From IMG/VR virus record IMGVR_UViG_3300022885_000061, positions 1 to 31,104 of that record: DNA of 31,104 bases. One strand, 5' to 3'. Under the pieces are notes generated by a model. It was given only the letters and a program-made list of their open reading frames with translations, was not told the origin of the DNA and ran no database searches. Numbering within the stretch: the stretch's first letter is position 1; every line of letters begins with the position of its first letter. Source of the DNA: a virus (taxonomy: Duplodnaviria; Caudoviricetes). The position numbers and the translations under genes are program-made. Positions 23,497-31,104 of the stretch are shown piece after piece.

Positions 23497-25019
23497 CGAA
23501 TGGCCTCCAGATATTCTCGGTCAGATTCAGAACGAACTAACCATAACTCTTTACGAGCTCTTGTTGCGCCAACATAAAAAACTCTATGCTCATCATCAGG
23601 ATTATTTTGAAGTGCTTCTTCTGATTTACGAGATAGATCTAATAGCAAAACAACGTTATCGGCTTCACCGCCTTTTGCTCCGTGGATAGTAGAAAGTTCT
23701 ATTTGGGGGCGTTGCCAAATGTTTACCCCTCGTTTCATTAATTGGCGAATATACATTACCTTTCCATACGGTATCCTATCTAAAGCTTGATACCAAGTGC
23801 TTTCTTTTCCTACTAAAAGACCGTGACTAAACATAAGTTTTTCATAATCAAAAGTTTCTCGATCATCTATTTCTGTAAGTTTTTTAAAATTTCTTTGTAC
23901 TCCTCTGCCTGAACTCATAAATTCATACATAGCTTTTAAACCCTCTAACCCAATAGATTGTCCTTCAGCTATTTTTTTCCAGGATGCTATAGCGTGTTTT
24001 AATCTATCACTTATGCTACTGCTTCCAAACCGTGAGTAGTAGTAACCCTGTTCCAGGAAGAACCTTTCAACTTTATTAAGTATGTATTTAGTCCTTGCGA
24101 GTACAAGCCAGTTTTTATCTTTGTAGGGTATAGCTTCATGTGAATATACTGTAATGACCTTTCCTTCTTCATCTTTCGCTTCCCAAGTTTTTTCAATTCG
24201 GTCTTTGATATTATTAACAATTTTATTGGCAATGTTGTGATGTGATCTTGGTATACGATAGGACTTATCCAAGACAATAGAATCACCTGGATAAGACTGA
24301 AAACTATTAACATCAGCACCAGCCCATTTAAAAATAGCCTGGTCATCATCTCCAGCGATATAGGCTCTTTTACATTTAGTAATGAGATTTGTGATAACTT
24401 GCCATTGGACGAGCGATAGATCTTGCGCCTCGTCAACTATTAATACCTCTAAATCTGGCCATATTTCAGGTCTTAGGTTAAACTCTATTAACATATCCGT
24501 AAAGTCATATAAACCTCTAACTTTTTTATATTCTTTTAGATATTCTGCAATTTGTTCTAACTTACGCCAGCCACCTATAATATGTCCATACTTTGCAAAA
24601 GTATCGTGTAAATCGATTCCTGTTATTCTTGATAAGTCAATGATTTTTAAATAAGGATCTTGTTGAATAAAATTACCATCATCATCGTGAATATCTTTTG
24701 GTTGTAAATCTACTTTAAGAGCTTCTGATATTTCTATATAATGTTTCGGCTTCATTACATCGTTAGTAGATAAACTTAAACTTTGAAAAGCTAAACTATG
24801 TATGGTTCTAAAATGTTTAAAATCCTTAGTGTCAAGCTTAAACTTTTGACTAGCTCTATTAACTGCTTCTGTAGCAGCTTTTTTTGTATAAGCAAGGAAA
24901 GCTATTTGATCAGGGGTAACTTTTCTTTGTATTTCTTCTTCAACTATTTTTAAAAGATAAGTAGTTTTACCAGTGCCTGGGGGACCGTAAATCTTTTTTA
25001 CTTTAGAAAGGGGTATCAT
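23493..25019 (-). CDS. UvrD/Rep-like SF1 helicase
   Basis: GPPGTGKT, TIHS, DEAQD, GDDDQAI, STIHGAKGGE and YVGATRA motifs. Confidence 0.95.
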   Translation of the reverse strand: MIPLSKVKKIYGPPGTGKTTYLLKIVEEEIQRKVTPDQIAFLAYTKKAATEAVNRASQKFKLDTKDFKHFRTIHSLAFQSLSLSTNDVMKPKHYIEISEALKVDLQPKDIHDDDGNFIQQDPYLKIIDLSRITGIDLHDTFAKYGHIIGGWRKLEQIAEYLKEYKKVRGLYDFTDMLIEFNLRPEIWPDLEVLIVDEAQDLSLVQWQVITNLITKCKRAYIAGDDDQAIFKWAGADVNSFQSYPGDSIVLDKSYRIPRSHHNIANKIVNNIKDRIEKTWEAKDEEGKVITVYSHEAIPYKDKNWLVLARTKYILNKVERFFLEQGYYYSRFGSSSISDRLKHAIASWKKIAEGQSIGLEGLKAMYEFMSSGRGVQRNFKKLTEIDDRETFDYEKLMFSHGLLVGKESTWYQALDRIPYGKVMYIRQLMKRGVNIWQRPQIELSTIHGAKGGEADNVVLLLDLSRKSEEALQNNPDDEHRVFYVGATRARKELWLVRSESDREYLEAIR

Positions 25020-26535
25020 TATCTACCTTAGGTACTTTTAATTTCTTTTCTTCTTGAGGTTGAGGATCAGGTATCCAAAACAAATTCTTTACTGTGTTGG
25101 AATTAAGTCTCGTACGTTTACTATCTCCACCTCTATCTCTAATAATAGAACCCATTTGAGTTGTGCTAAATTCTTTGAATTGATTCTTTCTTAAATATCT
25201 CTCCAAAGAGGATAGCTGAAAGAAAACTTTATTTTCTTCTTTATAAATACAGTGGTTCATAATTTCTTGAATATCATCTGCAATAGCTTGATTAAAAATA
25301 AAGTCATCCAGGTGAGCATTAAATCTACCTTCTTTAGTAACTTCATAAGGCATCTTCACTATTTCAACTGTATCTAATAGTTCTCTAATACGAGCTTCAT
25401 AATCCCGCTTAGTCATTTCAACAGGTAATGTAGTTTTTGTTTCTAATACTTTTTTCCTAAATAACTTTTGATCCATCAGCTCATCAGTGGTAACTGTAAT
25501 TCTATGACCGTCTACATCTAAATGCCATACAGATTCATCTGACTCTAGCTTTGTCAAGTTTTCAATAGACATATCCATATCATCTCTGCCTATACCAAAT
25601 TTTCTTACTCTACATTTAGAACTATCACAGTGAGACATCATTGGTTGATCCTTACATTTGTATCCATAATCTTTTTTTTCGTGTTGATCTATTTTTTGCT
25701 TGACTTGATCATAACCCATTGGAGGTTTGCAGTAAGCAGTATTAAAATTAAACACTTCATTTTGCCATTGGTCCGTGGGAAACTTTTTTTTAGCATAACA
25801 ACAGTAGTGAAATACCGCATCATCGCGTCCACCCTCGTAAATACCTATGTTTTGAAGGATTTCTATGCAAGGAGGACCATCAAAAGAGGTCTTTTTCGGT
25901 TTTAAGGACTGTACAGATATGTTTTGAAAGTCCTCTGGTATGATTGCATATTGATTTACAGCCTCGAAGAACTGTTCCATGGTTCTTGACTCACCTTTAT
26001 CATCAATTGAGTATCTTCCGCTTAAATCTCCTTTGAAGTAAGGTAGATTTAAAAAATTACCTGTGTCTCCACGCTTTGAATCAAGTTCAGTTTGCTTTGG
26101 AAAGATCTCACAGTGAGCAAAACCTAAGACCGAAGCAATCTCTTTTAATTTCTTCCGGGCAAGAGAAGCTGTGATACTTCCTTTAATAAAAATAAATAAA
26201 TGTAATCCACCTGATTTAGATCGACAGGGAACGATTGGAATTTTTAATTTTCTAATGTTTGTAATTGTTTTAAAAATATCAAGAGTGTAGTCATCAACAT
26301 CAATACAACACCAACTACAAGTGCTATCATCTCGTATTGGAACAATTCCTAATGAAGGCTCAATACCTTCTATATGATTTTTCCAATGAATATCAGTGAC
26401 GTCTTCTTTTAAAATAAAAGCTTTACCACTAACTTTACCATTTTCCTTAACTTCACCCTTATGATAAACACCATGAGCTCTAGTCAAGCCACTAAATATA
26501 TCTCTGAATTTTATATGATCTGCCATCACACTCAC
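25003..26535 (-). CDS. Primase-like replication protein (AEP-type N-terminus plus Cys-containing PriL/PriCT-like region)
   Basis: IDVD, SKSGGLHLF, EIFPKQ and GNFLNLPY; PPC...C...C....C cluster. Confidence 0.8.
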   Translation of the reverse strand: MSVMADHIKFRDIFSGLTRAHGVYHKGEVKENGKVSGKAFILKEDVTDIHWKNHIEGIEPSLGIVPIRDDSTCSWCCIDVDDYTLDIFKTITNIRKLKIPIVPCRSKSGGLHLFIFIKGSITASLARKKLKEIASVLGFAHCEIFPKQTELDSKRGDTGNFLNLPYFKGDLSGRYSIDDKGESRTMEQFFEAVNQYAIIPEDFQNISVQSLKPKKTSFDGPPCIEILQNIGIYEGGRDDAVFHYCCYAKKKFPTDQWQNEVFNFNTAYCKPPMGYDQVKQKIDQHEKKDYGYKCKDQPMMSHCDSSKCRVRKFGIGRDDMDMSIENLTKLESDESVWHLDVDGHRITVTTDELMDQKLFRKKVLETKTTLPVEMTKRDYEARIRELLDTVEIVKMPYEVTKEGRFNAHLDDFIFNQAIADDIQEIMNHCIYKEENKVFFQLSSLERYLRKNQFKEFSTTQMGSIIRDRGGDSKRTRLNSNTVKNLFWIPDPQPQEEKKLKVPKVDNDTPF

Positions 26536-26543
26536 TCAAATGA

Positions 26544-26565
26544 GTGGGGCCTATTAAGACCCCAC
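26544..26565 (-). terminator. Hairpin after SSB-like gene (weak terminator or stabiliser)
   Basis: GUGGGGUCU-UAAU-AGGCCCCAC with a poor U-tail. Confidence 0.5.
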
Positions 26566-26577
26566 CACATTCAATGA

Positions 26578-27381
26578 TTAAAAAGGATTATTATCCTTTT
26601 TTTCCGTGCCATCGTCCTCAGTATAATTAACTTTGACTTCCTTCCTCTTAATAGAGTCATGGAAAGCCTTCGCTTCGGTATACACAGACGCTGAAACAAC
26701 CTCACCCCTTGTTATATTCCAGCCGTACCAATCACCTTTGTCATTTGACTCAGCTTTGGTTTGAAGGTGATATGTATAATACCAACTAGGAGGATTGATA
26801 ACTATGTCACCATTCCTAACCTTAGCCCCCATGATTACTGTGTTCCACTTTTTTGACTTAGAAAGTTGACTTACTTTCATAGAAAGAAGCACTTGAGAAG
26901 TGAATCCTTCATTATCGATAAGGAGGCAATAATGATTGTGAGTCCTCTCTAAGTAAGTACCTGAAGGCAACCTAAGTTTACCCTCAGCATCCTTGACTGC
27001 ATGATTCAGAATATCTGATTCAACAGGATGGACAACAGGAGCCGAAGATCCTTGTCCTCTGTCAGTCCATTCAAGTAGAACAGGTTCAAAGAGACATGGT
27101 ACGATTGAAATTCCTTTAGTACCATCAGTCAATTCCTGACTAACAGTATTAAAGATCATACCTTCTGTTGCTCCTTCAATATACTCAGTTTTATTTTTCT
27201 TTGTCTGTGGAGACATAGAACTAAGTATTTTGATAAAAGGAATAGCTAAGTCATCCATTGTATGACTAGATAATCCAGCGCCTTGGTCCGCCATTACTGT
27301 GGCAAGATCCATAGGCTGTGAAACAGCAACAGTGTTTTCTGATTTAGTTGCTACTTCTTTTTTTGCTTTTGGTTCGTTCAT
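26578..27381 (-). CDS. Putative single-stranded DNA-binding protein
   Basis: 267 aa, NDKGDWYGW motif, acidic tail ending NPF, located in the replication block. Confidence 0.65.
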   Translation of the reverse strand: MNEPKAKKEVATKSENTVAVSQPMDLATVMADQGAGLSSHTMDDLAIPFIKILSSMSPQTKKNKTEYIEGATEGMIFNTVSQELTDGTKGISIVPCLFEPVLLEWTDRGQGSSAPVVHPVESDILNHAVKDAEGKLRLPSGTYLERTHNHYCLLIDNEGFTSQVLLSMKVSQLSKSKKWNTVIMGAKVRNGDIVINPPSWYYTYHLQTKAESNDKGDWYGWNITRGEVVSASVYTEAKAFHDSIKRKEVKVNYTEDDGTEKKDNNPF

Positions 27382-27953
27382 TTTTTACCTTTCGTTACTT
27401 TGGTTATAGGACGTATGAAGATCCCGAAAAGATCCTCAGGGTCCGAAATTCCTTCTTCTTGACGTCTTTTAAGAGACGCCTTCAGTGTCGAAGGATGCAC
27501 TGATTCTTTCACGTCAGGGGTGACACCGTAATTCTGCTGAATATATCCAGCTAGATCACCAGCCATATTATCTTCACCCGATCCGAAACTTGTGGAAACT
27601 TGATTTTTAATTATATCTCCAAGACCTTTATCCCTTAAATAATTCAAAGCATCCTCAGCTCTATCTTTAGGAATACGACAAAAGAATTCATCTTTGTAGC
27701 TTACTTTACTACCGTCTTCCATTTGAGTAGATGTGATACCCATCTCTTGCATTTTAAGTGGTATTGTCTCAGAGGATAATATTTCAACTTCCCTCTTCTG
27801 TTCTTTTAAAGTTAATTCTATTTCTTCAACTATAATTTGTTTATCTAATAGTTTTTGAATTAGAACTGAAAGACTCTCTAAGCTTGAATCATCAAGCTTT
27901 TTGAGATCTCCCGAGTCATGCTTCAATTCCTCGAAGCTTATTTCGTTAGCCAT
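27378..27953 (-). CDS. Replication-module coiled-coil protein (VHPSTLKA motif)
   Basis: 191 aa, AGGAGG RBS, first gene of the replication operon. Confidence 0.75.
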   Translation of the reverse strand: MANEISFEELKHDSGDLKKLDDSSLESLSVLIQKLLDKQIIVEEIELTLKEQKREVEILSSETIPLKMQEMGITSTQMEDGSKVSYKDEFFCRIPKDRAEDALNYLRDKGLGDIIKNQVSTSFGSGEDNMAGDLAGYIQQNYGVTPDVKESVHPSTLKASLKRRQEEGISDPEDLFGIFIRPITKVTKGKK

Positions 27954-27983
27954 ATAACACCTCCTAGTGTTGTTATTAATAAT

Positions 27984-28018
27984 CTTATACTTGAAATCCT
28001 AGAAAAATGCAATATATT
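27984..28018. promoter_or_regulatory. Overlapping divergent promoters for SNF2 helicase and replication operon
   Basis: Plus: TTGAAA (27991)-N16-TATATT (28013). Minus: TTGCAT (28012)-N17-TATAAG. The central ATCCTAGA also occurs in P3. Confidence 0.65.
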
Positions 28019-28024
28019 ATTTTT

Positions 28025-29473
28025 ATGGCTAACTATAAAAAAGATCTTTTTGATCATCAACGCACTGCCGTGTCCGAGTGTAGAAGAAAAAACCCTTATG
28101 TTTTCGCTTATCTTATGGAGATGGGGACAGGTAAAACTATTACTACTATTCATGACATGCTCGATTTATATAGTGATAATAAAATTAATGTTGTCATCAT
28201 CTTTGGTCCGAAGTCCGTGTATCGTAACTGGCATAAAGAAATAATAGAATACACAGATCAAGAAATGAAGATTGTTACTTGGGACCCAAGTTTAAAAGAT
28301 GCTGAAACAAAGGAAGACTTAACACAGATTTTAGTTAAACAAGAAAAAGGTCTTTTTGTTTTTCTTATGAACATAGAATCTATCTCTAGTAAAAAAGGTT
28401 TTTTGTTTTTAGACAAATTTATTTCTAAACAAGATAAAAATAAAACAATGATGATTGTTGATGAGAGTACAACTATTAAAACTCCAGCGGCCATGCGAAC
28501 TAAAAATATGTTACGTGTTGCTAAAGATATAAAATATAAAAGAATTTTAACAGGGACTCCTGTTACTAAAAGTCCTTTAGATATTTTTGCTCAATTTGCT
28601 TTTTTAGATACAAAGATTCTTCGACAAAATAATTATTATGCTTTCCGTGCAAGATACGCCAAAGTTATTTCAAAACCTACATCAAGCGGTAGAACCTTTC
28701 CTCTTATCATTGGCTATCAAAGACTTGATGAGCTTGACTTATTAATTAAGTCTAATTCATACCGTGTTAAAAAAGAAGATTGTTTAGATCTCCCTGAAAA
28801 GATCTATCAGAAAAGATTTGTACCGATGAGCAAGGAACAGCTCGTAGCGTATGAATCGTTAAAGCGAAACGCTATGTTTATCTTTAACGACAAAACGACG
28901 ACGACTGCTAACAGACTTTCACAAATTGTGAAACTGCACCAGGTGTGTTGTGAGTTTACTATCAACGATGATGGTGAGACTCACGACGTCCCTGGCAATC
29001 GTTATAGTGAGTTATTACATGTACTAGATGAGTCCACAGGTAAAGTTATTATCTGGGCTAGTTATAGACATAATATTCAAACTATAACAAAATTATTAAA
29101 GGAGAAATATGGTGATACTTCGACTGCAGCTTTTTATGGTGATACTGATAATCAGACACGGATGGATCTTGTCAAGAATTTTCAAGACGTGGAGAACGAT
29201 CTTACGTATTTGGTCGCTAACCCAAAAACCGGAGGCTATGGTATTACTCTTACCTCCGCTCACACTGTTGTGTATTATTCAAATAATTACGACTTAGAAA
29301 TCCGATTACAATCTGAAGACAGAGCTCATAGAATAGGACAAAAATGCAAGGTTACTTATGTTGATCTTGTTTGTAGAGGAACGATAGATGAAAAAATCTT
29401 AACTGCCTTAAAGAACAAGGTTAACATTGCTGGTCAGGTTATGGGTGATGCTGCGAAAGAGTGGATTACTTAA
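28025..29473 (+). CDS. SNF2-family helicase
   Basis: MEMGTGKT, DES, LTGTP, GGYGITL and QSEDRAHRIGQ motifs. Start 28025 preferred because 28007 lies inside the promoter. Confidence 0.93.
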   Translation: MANYKKDLFDHQRTAVSECRRKNPYVFAYLMEMGTGKTITTIHDMLDLYSDNKINVVIIFGPKSVYRNWHKEIIEYTDQEMKIVTWDPSLKDAETKEDLTQILVKQEKGLFVFLMNIESISSKKGFLFLDKFISKQDKNKTMMIVDESTTIKTPAAMRTKNMLRVAKDIKYKRILTGTPVTKSPLDIFAQFAFLDTKILRQNNYYAFRARYAKVISKPTSSGRTFPLIIGYQRLDELDLLIKSNSYRVKKEDCLDLPEKIYQKRFVPMSKEQLVAYESLKRNAMFIFNDKTTTTANRLSQIVKLHQVCCEFTINDDGETHDVPGNRYSELLHVLDESTGKVIIWASYRHNIQTITKLLKEKYGDTSTAAFYGDTDNQTRMDLVKNFQDVENDLTYLVANPKTGGYGITLTSAHTVVYYSNNYDLEIRLQSEDRAHRIGQKCKVTYVDLVCRGTIDEKILTALKNKVNIAGQVMGDAAKEWIT

Positions 29474-29652
29474 ATTTTAGGAGTAGGAATTTCTTGAACT
29501 TTAAATTCTTGATCGTTCATGACTTCTCCACCTATATTCATCTTCTTAGGTTTCTTTTTTAAAGCAGCAAAGTCAGCTCCTGTAATCGCATCTCGTGGTT
29601 CTGCAATTCGTGCTAACTTTTTTTGCTTATTTGAATATTTTGAAAAAGGCAT
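29470..29652 (-). CDS. Small basic protein (ITGADFAAL; KMNIGG motif)
   Basis: 60 aa, GGAG RBS. Confidence 0.7.
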   Translation of the reverse strand: MPFSKYSNKQKKLARIAEPRDAITGADFAALKKKPKKMNIGGEVMNDQEFKVQEIPTPKI

Positions 29653-29653
29653 G

Positions 29654-29869
29654 TTACTCTCCTGGAGCTATAATATATTTGCCGCCTTTGATAGCAGCTC
29701 CCATACCTCTTGCTTCGCCTTTTTTGTAACCTTCAGGTAGGCTTGGCTTAGCTTCGTTGGTAAATGCACCGTGGTCCGTGTACTCTTTTGGAGAACCACC
29801 ATCGTCTTGAATCTTAGGTGCTTTGAAGGTATCTACGATACCAAATCTTTTTCTTAAATCTTTTCTCAT
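29654..29869 (-). CDS. Small protein with ARGMGAAIKGG motif
   Basis: 71 aa, ATGA-coupled. Confidence 0.7.
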   Translation of the reverse strand: MRKDLRKRFGIVDTFKAPKIQDDGGSPKEYTDHGAFTNEAKPSLPEGYKKGEARGMGAAIKGGKYIIAPGE

Positions 29870-30234
29870 TTTTTACCTAAACTTTCCATATATTTTTTAT
29901 ATAAACCTGGATTGCCTTTTTTGATACCCGATAAAGTAGTATAATCTTTTTTAGGTGAATCTTTTTTTGGAGGAAGTTTAATTGGTTCTGACTTCTTTTT
30001 CATAGAAGTACCTTTTTTTACATTTTTTAAACCCTCATAATTATATGTTTCTTTACCTAAAACAGCGGGCTTATCTGAAACGTAAACTTTTTTTTGATCA
30101 TTAAGATTTTTAGGGGTAGATCCCTTTGGTTTAGGTTTAATTTTAATCATAGGAGGAGAAGTGTCTTTGACAACAGTTTTACCTTTACCTAACATTCCTA
30201 AGCCTTTTTTCGCTAATCCAAATATACTTGCCAT
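29866..30234 (-). CDS. Lys-rich hypothetical protein
   Basis: 122 aa, AGGA RBS. Confidence 0.7.
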   Translation of the reverse strand: MASIFGLAKKGLGMLGKGKTVVKDTSPPMIKIKPKPKGSTPKNLNDQKKVYVSDKPAVLGKETYNYEGLKNVKKGTSMKKKSEPIKLPPKKDSPKKDYTTLSGIKKGNPGLYKKYMESLGKK

Positions 30235-30255
30235 GTGTTTATCCTACTACTTTCT

Positions 30256-30702
30256 TTATGCGCTTGCAACTATTTCTGCAAGATATTCTGCCCTTGCGGG
30301 CGTTTGAGAATGCCACCTAGAATCAAGCATTTGATTCGCAGCTTCTTCATTATTACCTTCGTTTAAGGCTTTCCACATCTTCTGGAACTTTCCAACGCCT
30401 CCAATACCAAGTTGAAATACCATTTCTACTAAGACGTGTATTATAGATTCATCTAAGATAACCTCTGACGTAATATTCTTATTAATTAAACTCTCTGCAT
30501 TAACACAAGCTTCTTTCAAATCACCTTCAAAAATGTTCATGAGATAACCTTCTTCATATTCTCTATCTTCTTCCCAATGATCTTCTACGCAAAGATGTCC
30601 TACCCCCACAGTTTTCTTGCCAAGCCTGTCTAAATAGACAGTATTCCTATAGCCTTCATGAGTCTTAACTCTGTCAATTAGTTCATCGGTTATTTCGATC
30701 AT
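30256..30702 (-). CDS. T4-like (GH24) lysozyme
   Basis: HEG.R..VYLD..G..TVGVGH and MLDSRW..QTP.RA motifs. Confidence 0.92.
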   Translation of the reverse strand: MIEITDELIDRVKTHEGYRNTVYLDRLGKKTVGVGHLCVEDHWEEDREYEEGYLMNIFEGDLKEACVNAESLINKNITSEVILDESIIHVLVEMVFQLGIGGVGKFQKMWKALNEGNNEEAANQMLDSRWHSQTPARAEYLAEIVASA

Positions 30703-31104
30703 ATGTCGTATTCTTTTGTTATTTGTAAAATTCCTGTTTTAGGTCGAACACCTGGAGGTAATACAAAACTAGGATCAGGATCTTGAGGATATATATCTCT
30801 AGGATCTAAAACTCTTCCCTTCATTATCATATCTTGCATAACAGTACCTTCAGGAGCTCTGTCCATTTGTGGTATTTCCATAAAACCTGGCTCCGAGGAA
30901 ATTGGTCCTTGAATATTTGGCATTGGAAATATAGCTCCTGTATCATAAGTTGGATTAACTCTTGGTTCACTTGGAATAACTGTTTCTTCCATAGTAGCTT
31001 GTTCATAAAATCTTGGTTGAGGCATAGGAGGTGCCTTAGTTGGTGGTGGTGCAGACAAATCTCCACCCTTTGCCATTTTAACTACTCTTTTAAAAACAGG
31101 ATCT
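30699..31104 (-). CDS. C-terminal part of a Pro-rich protein, likely 5'-truncated
   Basis: Frame stays open upstream of ATG 31076 (DPVFKRVVK-MAKGG) to the window edge; no RBS at 31076. Confidence 0.65.
   Translation of the reverse strand, partial: DPVFKRVVKMAKGGDLSAPPPTKAPPMPQPRFYEQATMEETVIPSEPRVNPTYDTGAIFPMPNIQGPISSEPGFMEIPQMDRAPEGTVMQDMIMKGRVLDPRDIYPQDPDPSFVLPPGVRPKTGILQITKEYDI

Noticed and set aside
16934-31066. Nested or antisense ORFs such as 16934-17323, 18468-18659, 24011-24436, 25630-25905, 27918-28244 and 30827-31066
   Set aside because: They overlap stronger genes and lack coding signals.
1-31104. Integrase, reverse transcriptase/DGR, tRNA genes, alternative genetic code
   Set aside because: None seen. 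Genes translate intact in the standard bacterial code using TAA, TAG and TGA stops.

Overview
AT-rich fragment of a tailed dsDNA phage genome, podovirus-like and almost entirely minus-strand. The gene set and order resemble marine Pelagibacter/uvMED-type phages (HTVC023P-like); this is judged from recall, not a search. The left arm is head and packaging: gpT-like major capsid, scaffold, GroES, methyltransferase, 3TM holin, portal, a large GNAT-like protein and TerL. The right arm has TerS, small basic and internal proteins, a replication block (PolA, UvrD, primase-like, SSB-like, SNF2) and a lysozyme. The most unusual part lies between terL and terS (about 12.0-14.9 kb). It is an array of five small self-contained transcription cassettes, each with a sigma70-like promoter and bounded by an oriented AATGGA(G/C)AATGGA heptad repeat. 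Two cassettes carry perfect DnaA boxes. Two appear to encode RNAs: a ~420-nt highly paired, pseudoknotted RNA and a ~70-nt anti-Shine-Dalgarno sRNA. One loop of the large RNA is perfectly complementary (13 nt) to a structured leader 6.6 kb away. Several micro-ORFs missing from the ORF track were read by hand. All family assignments are by eye.
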